DNA of 64,000 bases from Candidatus Levyibacteriota bacterium (lineage in GTDB: Bacteria; Patescibacteriota; Microgenomatia; Levybacterales; UBA12049): the NCBI GenBank assembly GCA_029260905.1, contig JAJDCH010000011.1, forward strand, positions 512 to 64,511, in the 5' to 3' direction. The stretch's first letter is position 1; the number at the start of each line of letters is the position of its first letter. A program made the translations under genes and the position numbers. Shown here piece after piece: positions 1-8,544 of this stretch. The notes under the pieces were generated by a model that saw only the letters and a list, made by a program, of their open reading frames with translations, made no database searches and was not told the origin of the DNA.

Positions 1-1
1 A

Positions 2-772
2 AGAATTAAAAAATTGTTAAAAACAGATATATTTATTTTTCTACTTATTATTCTTTCAACATGTCTGATCATTATTCCTGAATTCTTCTATCTTAAGGAC
101 ATTTATCCTGCACATTACCGCGCCAACACCATGTTCAAGCTTGTATTCCAATCATTTATCATGCTTTCACTATCAAGCGGTTACATTATCTTTCGCATAG
201 TTTCTAGCCTGAAAATCAAATCTTTTAATATTTATAAAAAAATATTAGCTCTTTGTTATCTACTATCTGCTATATGCATGCTTTCCCTTGTCATGACCTA
301 TCCTTATCTTGCCATCAATTCTTATTATGGGGATCTCAAAACCCAGAAGAGCTTGGACGGTACATCATATCTTCAAATTCTTTATAAAGATGATTATGAA
401 GCAATAAAATGGCTAAATAAAAATATAAAAGGGCAACCAGTTATTCTTGAAGCGCAAGGTGATTCATATACAGATTTTGGCAGAGTATCGACAAACACTG
501 GTCTACCTACAGTTCTTGGATGGACTGTTCATGAATGGCTTTGGAGAGGAACATACGATATCCCATCTCCCAGAATTGAAGAGGTTAAAACACTTTATGA
601 AACTACTGATATTCAATCAACAAAAAAAATAATTAATACTTATAAAATCAAGTACGTTTTCATCGGCTCCCTTGAAACACAAAAATACTTATTACTAAAC
701 GAAGAAAAATTCAAAAATCTTGGAGCACTTGTTTTTCAAAGTGGAGATACAAAAATCTATAAAATCAATTAG
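2..772 (+). CDS. Polytopic membrane protein, C-terminal part (DUF2298/YYY-domain-like); 5' end lies outside the window
   Basis: The ORF has no ATG and runs off the left edge. The translation is hydrophobic, with a C-terminal soluble block (GQPVILEAQGDSYTDFGRVSTNTGLPTVLGWTVHEWLWRG) that I recall as characteristic of the DUF2298/YYY membrane family. Confidence 0.45.
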   Translation, partial: RIKKLLKTDIFIFLLIILSTCLIIIPEFFYLKDIYPAHYRANTMFKLVFQSFIMLSLSSGYIIFRIVSSLKIKSFNIYKKILALCYLLSAICMLSLVMTYPYLAINSYYGDLKTQKSLDGTSYLQILYKDDYEAIKWLNKNIKGQPVILEAQGDSYTDFGRVSTNTGLPTVLGWTVHEWLWRGTYDIPSPRIEEVKTLYETTDIQSTKKIINTYKIKYVFIGSLETQKYLLLNEEKFKNLGALVFQSGDTKIYKIN

Positions 773-1907
773 CTTTATCTATAACTGGCGTTGGGGTTAT
801 TATTCCGTTTTTTCCTATTGAACAACTACCAGAATCGGTCATACAAGAAATAAACTCATGAATTTCTGAGAAATCACTTTTTCCAACTCTTGGTGAAAGA
901 TAATATTGCTTCTCAAAATTTTCAGTTAGCAAACCGTGTCTTTCCTCTCCGCCTCCTAGATCCAAAACAATACTCTCAATTTTTGCTCCCTCCATTTTCT
1001 GAACAAGTTTTACAAAATCATCATACTCATCATCTTTTACATCTGTCTCAATACTATCCTTAAAAACATCAACAAGATTTACGACTTTTACTGGATTTAA
1101 AAAAGTGCCAACTGAGAACACCTTGTCTCTAAAAGCAGAAATCACTTTTTCCTGACGCTTCGATCTTGCAAAATCAGATCCTTCACCATTTACACCATGA
1201 CGAGAACGAACAAACTTCAAAGCAGTTGTTCCATTCATTCTTTGAATGCCTTTATCAAAATGTAAATGTTCATATCTGCATGGAAATACTTCTAGTTCGT
1301 CTGCGCTGCCTGTTGCAATTTCAGCTGACAGACTAGCAACAGATTCTTCTTCGTGTCCACATAACTCATTTTCATTGCCTTCAAGTGGATACTTATAATC
1401 ATCAAGAGTGTTTTCAACATCAATATCTATCCCACCCACCATGTCAATGGCTTTCACAAAACCATCAAAATCAACCTTTATAGAATAATCAATCTGCTGT
1501 CCCAAAACCTTTGAAACACTTGATTTGGCAAGAATGAGTCCTCCACCTTCTTTTTTCAGCTCTCCATATGTATAGGCTGTGTTGATCTTTGCTTGCAGTT
1601 CTGGAATCCACAAATCACGAGGAATTGACACAAGAGTTACTTTTTTATTTTCTGGATCAATACTTGCAAAAATCATCGTATCTGTCAGATCAGGCCCCTC
1701 ATGCCCACCTCCACCAACACCCATTATCAATACGTTAAATTTACTTTCTTCTGCTTCTTTCAGTTGTATTTCTTTTTTAAATAACAATTCAAAAAGTACA
1801 TTTATGTATTTTCCGCCCTTGAATATAGCAAAGCTAAAAATTGCCAAAAACAAAACTAAAAGAACTATAAATACTCGCTTTCGCGTTTTTGGTTTTCTTG
1901 AATTCAT
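765..1907 (-). CDS. LytR-CpsA-Psr (LCP) family cell-envelope phosphotransferase
   Basis: N-terminal TM helix followed by an LCP core (NVLIMGVGGGGHEGPDLTDTMIFASIDPENKKVTLVSIPRDLWIP), plus a LytR_C-like C-terminal extension. Confidence 0.8.
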   Translation of the reverse strand: MNSRKPKTRKRVFIVLLVLFLAIFSFAIFKGGKYINVLFELLFKKEIQLKEAEESKFNVLIMGVGGGGHEGPDLTDTMIFASIDPENKKVTLVSIPRDLWIPELQAKINTAYTYGELKKEGGGLILAKSSVSKVLGQQIDYSIKVDFDGFVKAIDMVGGIDIDVENTLDDYKYPLEGNENELCGHEEESVASLSAEIATGSADELEVFPCRYEHLHFDKGIQRMNGTTALKFVRSRHGVNGEGSDFARSKRQEKVISAFRDKVFSVGTFLNPVKVVNLVDVFKDSIETDVKDDEYDDFVKLVQKMEGAKIESIVLDLGGGEERHGLLTENFEKQYYLSPRVGKSDFSEIHEFISCMTDSGSCSIGKNGIITPTPVIDKAN

Positions 1908-1908
1908 A

Positions 1909-2571
1909 TTAGGAGTTTGAAATTATTCTACTAAATTTATCAGGATCTAGACTCGCACCCCCAGGCAGAACACCATCAATCAAAATTTTGCTTGTAAAAC
2001 TATTTACATTTTCGGGCTTTACACTACCACCGTAAATAATAAATTTAACACCTGCTCTTTCCTTTATTTTCTTAGCCACAGACTCTGCATTTTCCGGTGT
2101 GTCAGGATTACCACTTCCAATTGCAAAAATTGGTTCATAGGCAACAACATCCACTCCTTCAGGTATTGGTGTATCTGATCCCTGAACGCAAAAAATTATT
2201 TTCAAACCATGTTCCCTTGCTAATTTTACTTTTTTTTCTAATACCTCATCTGTTTCTGAAAAATTAGCACGTCTTTCCGAATGTCCGATTATTACATAAT
2301 CTGCAAATTCTTTTATTTGTTCTCCATTGATCTCCCCTGTATATGCTCCCTCTTCAAATGGAGATATGTTTTGCGCGCCAATCTTTATCGGCAAATTTTT
2401 TTCTGAAATTAATGATTTCAATTGTAAAAGAAGAGTAAAAGGAGCACAAACAATAATTTCTTTACTCTCATGACCTGAAAAATCAAAATCAGAGATCCCA
2501 TCAATCCACTCATTTACATCAAATAATGTTTTATAAGATTTCCAATTCCCAATAATAAAAAGCTTTTTCAT
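1909..2571 (-). CDS. tpiA: Triosephosphate isomerase
   Basis: Matches the TIM motifs: IIGNWKSY (GNWKMN-like), IIGHSERR, and AYEPIFAIGSG. Confidence 0.85.
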   Translation of the reverse strand: MKKLFIIGNWKSYKTLFDVNEWIDGISDFDFSGHESKEIIVCAPFTLLLQLKSLISEKNLPIKIGAQNISPFEEGAYTGEINGEQIKEFADYVIIGHSERRANFSETDEVLEKKVKLAREHGLKIIFCVQGSDTPIPEGVDVVAYEPIFAIGSGNPDTPENAESVAKKIKERAGVKFIIYGGSVKPENVNSFTSKILIDGVLPGGASLDPDKFSRIISNS

Positions 2572-2655
2572 ATGTTACAATGAATATTGATTTAAGACTT
2601 CTTTGTTCTTCTCACCTCACAAAGTCTTATGTCTTAAGTCTATTTATTATACCTT

Positions 2656-4533
2656 ATGGAAGATCAACTACTCAAGGATTTAAACAAAGAACAACAAGCC
2701 TCAGTACTCCAAACAGATGGCCCGATGATTATTTTGGCTGGAGCAGGATCAGGAAAAACAAGAGTTCTTACATATAAGGTACTCTACCTTATGCTTGAAA
2801 AACAAATTGCGCCTGAGTCAATTTTGATGATTACATTTACCAATAAGGCTGCCAATGAAATGAAAGAGCGCATGGAAAAAATGCTCTCCAGTAAAGTAAA
2901 ATCCAAGAACCAAGAACCAAGAACCAGTGGTAAGCCTTGGATCGCCACTTTTCATTCAATGTGTGCCAAAATCTTAAGAGTTGAGGGTAAGCATCTTGGT
3001 TTTTCTGAAAAATTTGTTATTTATGATTCACAGGATCAGCTAGATGCGATAAAAGAGGCAATGACCAGGCTTGATATTTCTATAAAGGATTTCAAACCCA
3101 GATCTGTCCTATCAACAATATCTGGTGCCAAAAACGAACTAATAACAGCCAATGAGTATCTTAATTTTGCTAAAGGCCATTTTCAAGAGACTGTCTCTAG
3201 AATATATCCTGTTTACCAATCACTGCTCAAAGAGAATGATGCGCTTGATTTTGACGATCTTATTCTCATGACAATCAAACTTTTTCAGGACAATGAGCAG
3301 GTGTTGAAAAAATATCAGTTAAGACTTGAATATATTCTTGTTGATGAATATCAAGACACCAACAGAGCTCAATATATCCTGACCAAACTTCTTACCAAAA
3401 GATGGAAAAATATTTGTGTAGTTGGTGACTTCTCACAAAGCATTTATTCCTGGCGTGGTGCAGACTATCGAAACTTGATGCGTTTTAAAGAAGACTTTCC
3501 AGGAACCAGAACTTTCTCCCTTTCTCAAAACTACAGATCTACTCAAAAAATACTTGATGGAGCAAGTGCTGTTATATCCAAAAACACCTCTCATCCAGTA
3601 CTTAAACTCTGGACAGAAAATCCAGCAGGTTCTGAAATAGATATCTATGAAGCAGAGAATGAGCAAGACGAGGCGGATTTTATTATAAAACATCTTATTG
3701 ATAAGCATGTTGCAAATCTAAATGACATCGCAGTTCTTTATAGAACCAACGCGCAATCCCGTGTGATAGAAGAAGCATTTCTTCATCATGGCATACCATA
3801 CGTATTAATTGGAGGAACAAGATTCTATGAAAGAAAAGAAATAAAAGACGTTCTTTCATACATAAGAGTTGTTGAGAATCCAAAAGATTCTGTCTCATAC
3901 AAAAGAGTTGAAAAATTAGGCAAAAAAAGATTGCAGAAATTCAAAAACTACCAAGAAGAAACCCAAGATCCAAAATCCAAGATCCAAGATCTCAACACCA
4001 TAGATATACTCGATGGAATTATTAAAGCAACCAACTATCTTGATCTGTATGATGAAAAAATTGAAGAAGACAGGGCAAGACTTGAAAATATCAAAGAGCT
4101 TAGATCTGTTGCCATTGCACATCCTGATCTCACAGATTTTCTTGAAAACGTGGCACTGGTTGAGCAGGAATACAATTCAAAAAAAACCACAGAAGGAGAA
4201 ACCAAAAATGCAATTACACTCATGACGCTTCACGGAGCAAAGGGACTTGAGTTCCCAACAGTCTTCATGATCGGAATGGAAGAAGGACTTTTTCCCCACA
4301 GCAGATCACTCATGGATAAAACACAACTAGAAGAAGAGCGACGCCTTTGCTATGTTGGAATGACGCGTGCTAAAGAAAAACTTCTACTGACCTATGCGAG
4401 AAGAAGACTTTTTTTTGGACAAAGAGCAACCAACATGGTATCCCGTTTTGTCATGGAATTACCAGAACATCTAATAAATCAAGGTTTGGAATCAATTGAT
4501 TTAAAAGAAAAAGACCCTGCTGATCTTTTCTAA
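2656..4533 (+). CDS. uvrD: ATP-dependent DNA helicase, UvrD/PcrA family
   Basis: Walker A (AGAGSGKTRVLTYK), DEYQDTN motif II, and a conserved C-terminal 2B/2A region (LTLHGAKGLEFPTVFMIG). Contains two in-frame heptamer-repeat insertions. Confidence 0.85.
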   Translation: MEDQLLKDLNKEQQASVLQTDGPMIILAGAGSGKTRVLTYKVLYLMLEKQIAPESILMITFTNKAANEMKERMEKMLSSKVKSKNQEPRTSGKPWIATFHSMCAKILRVEGKHLGFSEKFVIYDSQDQLDAIKEAMTRLDISIKDFKPRSVLSTISGAKNELITANEYLNFAKGHFQETVSRIYPVYQSLLKENDALDFDDLILMTIKLFQDNEQVLKKYQLRLEYILVDEYQDTNRAQYILTKLLTKRWKNICVVGDFSQSIYSWRGADYRNLMRFKEDFPGTRTFSLSQNYRSTQKILDGASAVISKNTSHPVLKLWTENPAGSEIDIYEAENEQDEADFIIKHLIDKHVANLNDIAVLYRTNAQSRVIEEAFLHHGIPYVLIGGTRFYERKEIKDVLSYIRVVENPKDSVSYKRVEKLGKKRLQKFKNYQEETQDPKSKIQDLNTIDILDGIIKATNYLDLYDEKIEEDRARLENIKELRSVAIAHPDLTDFLENVALVEQEYNSKKTTEGETKNAITLMTLHGAKGLEFPTVFMIGMEEGLFPHSRSLMDKTQLEEERRLCYVGMTRAKEKLLLTYARRRLFFGQRATNMVSRFVMELPEHLINQGLESIDLKEKDPADLF

Positions 4534-4558
4534 TCTCCATTTCTGTTAAAATATACCT

Positions 4559-5542
4559 ATGATCGACTTTAATAAAACCGCGACCCACCCTCTTCAATCA
4601 TTTGAATGGGGAGAATTTAGAAAAAAAACAGGAGTCAAAGTAATAAGAGGTGAAAACTTTCAGCTCACAATTCATAAAATCCCACATACGTCTTTTACAA
4701 TTGGCTATCTACCGAAAGGACATATACCAAACAATGAACTAATTGATGAATTAAAAAAAATTGGCAAACAAGAAAACTGCATTTTTATTCAATTGGAACC
4801 AAATATCTTAAAAAGCAATAAACAAAAAGCAATAAACAAAAAGCTTGCTGAGGCCGCGCATCCTCTTTTTACTAAATACAATTTTGTTTTGGATATTACA
4901 AAATCGGAAGAAGAATTATTAAAAAACATGCATCAAAAAGCAAGATACAATATCCGCGTTGCGCAAAAACACAACGTTGAAGTAATTGAAGACAATTCAG
5001 ATAAAGCATTTGCAGAATATCTCAGACTCACTGATGAAACAACAAAACGACAGGGGTTCTTTGCCCACACGCTTGATTATCATAAAAAACAATGGACAAT
5101 CCTACCCCATAAAACTTCAAAAGATAAACTCAGCTCGCATTTACTAATTGCTAAATATCAACCACCAAGATCCAAGAACCAGAATTCAAGATCCAAGATC
5201 TTAACAGCTTGGATCTTATTTATTTTCAAAGACACGCTTTATTATCCATACGGCGCATCGATTAGTCAGCATCGCGAGGTAATGAGTAGTAGTCTTATGA
5301 TGTGGGAAGCAATAAGATTTGGAAAGAAGTTGGGACTAAAAAAGTTTGATATGTGGGGCGCCCTAGGACCAAATCCAGGCAAAAATGATCCGTGGTATGG
5401 ATTCCACAGTTTCAAAGAAAAATATGGTCCAAAACATATTGAATATATAGGAAGTTATGACATGATAATAAACCCTATTGCTTATCAGTTTTATAAACTT
5501 GCAGATAAAGTTCGATGGCTAATATTAAGATTTAGAAAATAA
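4559..5542 (+). CDS. FemAB-family peptidoglycan interpeptide-bridge aminoacyltransferase
   Basis: Core ARYNIRVAQKHNVEV and a C-terminal FDMWGA...GFHSFKEKYG block are typical of FemABX (PF02388). Contains an in-frame heptamer-repeat segment. Confidence 0.7.
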   Translation: MIDFNKTATHPLQSFEWGEFRKKTGVKVIRGENFQLTIHKIPHTSFTIGYLPKGHIPNNELIDELKKIGKQENCIFIQLEPNILKSNKQKAINKKLAEAAHPLFTKYNFVLDITKSEEELLKNMHQKARYNIRVAQKHNVEVIEDNSDKAFAEYLRLTDETTKRQGFFAHTLDYHKKQWTILPHKTSKDKLSSHLLIAKYQPPRSKNQNSRSKILTAWILFIFKDTLYYPYGASISQHREVMSSSLMMWEAIRFGKKLGLKKFDMWGALGPNPGKNDPWYGFHSFKEKYGPKHIEYIGSYDMIINPIAYQFYKLADKVRWLILRFRK

Positions 5543-6910
5543 ATGAAGAAATTTCTGCCAATCCTAACACTTGTTCTTTTTTTTCTTTTTTTCAAACTTT
5601 CAAACCTTGGCATCAGGCTTTCAGACAGCAATATCTACTTTTACACAGGATACGAAATACTTCAAGGAAAAATTCTTTATAAGGATCTTTTCTTTACCAA
5701 CTTCCCATTTATTCCTTATCTTTCATCGTTGTACTTTTTGATAATTGGTGGAAATCTGAAATTATTTTTTCTAACCCCTGTAATTGAAGTATCCCTTGTT
5801 TCATTTTTTATCTACAAAATTGTCTTTGAGAAATACAAAAAAATATTTATCGCAACTATATCAGCATCTCTTTATCTTTTCTCTTTCATAATCCTTTCAA
5901 CATCAGATCACCAATCAGGAGTATTTTTTGCATCGCTTGCAGCAGTTTTAGCATATTATTTTTATCAAAAAGAAAAATATTTTCTTAGCGGCATATCTAT
6001 CGCAATTACGCTTTTAACAAAAGCGTACTTTATTCCTGTTGCGCTTTCACTTGGTTTTTTATTTTTAATAGATAAGAAATGGAAAAACTTAATAAGATTT
6101 TTGCTTGGTGGATCATCTGCAGGAATTATCATAATGTTGCCAACATTTTTTTTCGCATTTCCAGATTTTATAGATCAAGTTTTTAAATACTCACTTACAA
6201 GATCGCAGGGGGTTGATAAATTAGCTATTATTTGGTTTTTTATCAGACATGATTTTTCGCTTTTTATTTTACTAATCATAAATATTTTTTTAATTAAAAA
6301 GGAAAAATTCTTCGGTTTATTATCTTTTTTCGGAATTATTTTTTTTATTGTATACAAAGACATTTATTATCTTTATCTTAATTTTCTAATTCCTTTTCTT
6401 TGCATTTCTTATGCTGGATTTCATAAAGCAATTCAAGTAAAATTTGATATCCAAAAAGGAATTATCCCTACAGTTCTTTTGCTTTTTATTTTCTATAATT
6501 TTATCTCTTACACTGATGGGTTTAGAAACCTTCAAAAAATTAATAACATAAATCAAATTACGAATAAAATAAAACAGGAAAAGCCAAACGCGCTCTATGG
6601 TACTAATGATATAACAACTGCACTTGCATACCTTTCAAACACCCCACTTCTTAATAATGTTATTGATACAAATTCCAATATTTATAGACAGAGAATTCTT
6701 GATGCAAAAAAGATGACTACTGATGCCATATCCCAAAAATCAATAATAGTTGCTCATGGAGCTTACTATCCATTGGCGGGAATTGAAGAAGTGGTAATTG
6801 ATGAGATTTTTGACAAAGAACAAATAATAAAAAACTGTAAGCTGATAGAAAGCTATCCTGTTCAGATGGAGGGAATTGAAAACAGACTGAATCTATTTAG
6901 GTGCTACTGA
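5543..6910 (+). CDS. Polytopic integral membrane protein, possible GT-C-type glycosyltransferase
   Basis: At least 10 predicted hydrophobic helices across 455 aa, with a C-terminal soluble domain. The start overlaps the stop of the FemAB gene. No motif I can name. Confidence 0.35.
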   Translation: MKKFLPILTLVLFFLFFKLSNLGIRLSDSNIYFYTGYEILQGKILYKDLFFTNFPFIPYLSSLYFLIIGGNLKLFFLTPVIEVSLVSFFIYKIVFEKYKKIFIATISASLYLFSFIILSTSDHQSGVFFASLAAVLAYYFYQKEKYFLSGISIAITLLTKAYFIPVALSLGFLFLIDKKWKNLIRFLLGGSSAGIIIMLPTFFFAFPDFIDQVFKYSLTRSQGVDKLAIIWFFIRHDFSLFILLIINIFLIKKEKFFGLLSFFGIIFFIVYKDIYYLYLNFLIPFLCISYAGFHKAIQVKFDIQKGIIPTVLLLFIFYNFISYTDGFRNLQKINNINQITNKIKQEKPNALYGTNDITTALAYLSNTPLLNNVIDTNSNIYRQRILDAKKMTTDAISQKSIIVAHGAYYPLAGIEEVVIDEIFDKEQIIKNCKLIESYPVQMEGIENRLNLFRCY

Positions 6911-6933
6911 CAGATTTTAAAAAAATATTTTGT

Positions 6934-7203
6934 TTACCAATTCTTTCCTTCTAAACGCAATGACCTCGCTCTTGCGTCAGATTTATTAATAACATCAGGA
7001 AATAAATATAATTCCCCTGCAATAATATTAGTAGCTAAATCCTTCAACACCTCATCCCAAGTTTTCCCTTCGATTGCTGAAATATCTATATCTTCGGGTT
7101 TCAAGGCTGTTCCATCCATTAGTGCTCTAAGTAGCTCAAAAAGATCGCCAGAAAATCCTTCTACTACCTCGTTCGCAGCATGAAACTCAGAATAAGGCAC
7201 CAA
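6934..7203 (-). CDS. Hypothetical protein (starts with TTG)
   Basis: The ORF appears only in the six-frame track and has no ATG start. A different-frame small ORF lies upstream. Confidence 0.2.
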   Translation of the reverse strand: MVPYSEFHAANEVVEGFSGDLFELLRALMDGTALKPEDIDISAIEGKTWDEVLKDLATNIIAGELYLFPDVINKSDARARSLRLEGKNW

Positions 7204-7402
7204 ACCAGGTTCTTCTTGTATAAATTCTGTTTCAAAGAATTTTTTCTTGTCTTATCTATGATACGCTCTCTCAAGGGTTTCTCTTTTTCTGGTGGTTTTA
7301 TATCGTTAGGATTATTTTCCATAATATGGAAATACTATGGCATGAGGTGAAAATCTTTGCAACAACGATTTATTAAATATCAACGAACTTCTTTAGCATA
7401 AA

Positions 7403-7930
7403 CTATATTTTAGGTATTTCGTAAACATAAACCTCGCTCTCTTCATCACTTGCAATCATCGGTAGATCTATTTTATAGACAAAGGTTACCACTCTGGTTC
7501 CAGGTTTTAGCTCTTTCAAAAACTTTATCTTTAAGCGAGAAAGAGTTTTGGGAATAAGATATGCAAAGACAACTGTTGCCTCTGATAAATCAACATCAAA
7601 AAAGTTCTTTCTTTTAAATCTTAATTTATCTGAAACTCCGAAAAATCTTGCAAGTATTTTTGAAAACCAAAATCGTGATAAATCAACTTCTATCCCTACC
7701 CCAGTTGCTCCATATTCTCTTGCTGCAATACAAAGCGCTGTTCCATCCCCTGAACCCATATCATAAATAATATCCTTATCATTTATCTTTGCGAGTTCAC
7801 ACATTATTCTTGCCGTTTTTTTATTTGTTCTCCACCACGGAGACCACGGACTATCAACTGGCCAAACCATTGAGAAAAGAAACAAAAGCAAAATAATTGT
7901 AACTGTGACTATTAAAAATACCAACATCAA
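7403..7930 (-). CDS. Class I SAM-dependent methyltransferase, membrane-anchored
   Basis: N-terminal TM segment followed by motif I (DMGSGDGTALCIAAREYGATGVGIE). Confidence 0.6.
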   Translation of the reverse strand: MMLVFLIVTVTIILLLFLFSMVWPVDSPWSPWWRTNKKTARIMCELAKINDKDIIYDMGSGDGTALCIAAREYGATGVGIEVDLSRFWFSKILARFFGVSDKLRFKRKNFFDVDLSEATVVFAYLIPKTLSRLKIKFLKELKPGTRVVTFVYKIDLPMIASDEESEVYVYEIPKI

Positions 7931-8529
7931 TTTCCTTTCTCAGCAAGAGAATTTGCAAGTCTATCTGCACGCTCATTATTTACATCACCTGAATGTCCCA
8001 ATACCTTTTCATACATTACCTGCAGATTATTCTCAGCAATCAAATAATCTATCTTTTCAAAAATTTCTCTATTTTCTTTTATCTTATTTACAGATTTTTT
8101 GAGATTATTTATAGAAATCTGACTATCAGAATAAATTTTTATTCTTTTGTGATTTTTTTGTGATGCCCATAAAAGCGCGTGGTAAATTGCATACGCCTCA
8201 GCAGTATTATTTGTTTGTTTTCCAATTACCCGTCCTGCTTCCTCATATTTTCCAGCTACAAATGCCCAGGCAGCTTTAGCATGTTCATAACCATTTCCCG
8301 TGCAGGCTCCATCTGTCCAAATTTCAACTTCCGGAACACCTAAAAAACCTAAATTTTCAAACAAAAATTGATCTTTGTTAATTACCTTAAATTTCTCATC
8401 GTGATAAAGCCTTTTACATTTTGCACAAAAATAGTAAGCTTTATAGTAATAACTTTTCTTTAGTTGCTCAGGACTTTTTTTCGTTGCCTTCTCAATCAAT
8501 ACTCCCCTACAGTACTTACAAATATTCAT
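7927..8529 (-). CDS. rnhA: Ribonuclease HI with N-terminal zinc-ribbon domain
   Basis: Two CxxC pairs at the N-terminus (CKYCRG...CAKCKR), followed by the RNase H fold (EIWTDGACTGNG, TNNTAEAYA, YSDSQ, HSGDVNNERADRLA). Confidence 0.8.
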   Translation of the reverse strand: MNICKYCRGVLIEKATKKSPEQLKKSYYYKAYYFCAKCKRLYHDEKFKVINKDQFLFENLGFLGVPEVEIWTDGACTGNGYEHAKAAWAFVAGKYEEAGRVIGKQTNNTAEAYAIYHALLWASQKNHKRIKIYSDSQISINNLKKSVNKIKENREIFEKIDYLIAENNLQVMYEKVLGHSGDVNNERADRLANSLAEKGN

Positions 8530-8544
8530 AAATATCTAAGAAGA

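Noticed and set aside
447-632. Numerous short ORFs in the track that lie antisense to or nested inside well-supported genes (e.g. 447-632, 1579-1920, 3433-3708, 8574-8798, 9492-9803, 12256-12441, 20068-20325, 26614-27034, 47300-47548, 61239-61559)
   Set aside because: They overlap genes with clear family signatures. They have low-complexity translations typical of AT-rich antisense frames, and no independent support.
2891-2935. The KSKNQEPRTSGKP insertion in UvrD as a mini-intein or other self-splicing element
   Set aside because: It is far too short (about 13 aa) and lacks intein blocks. It is explained by the heptamer tandem repeat.
6934-7322. Possible frameshifted or pseudogene fusion between the TTG-start 89-aa ORF and a small upstream ATG ORF (MENNPNDIKPPEKEK...)
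   Set aside because: The two frames simply overlap. There is no recognisable domain split across them and no homopolymer at the junction, so there is no positive evidence of a frameshift.
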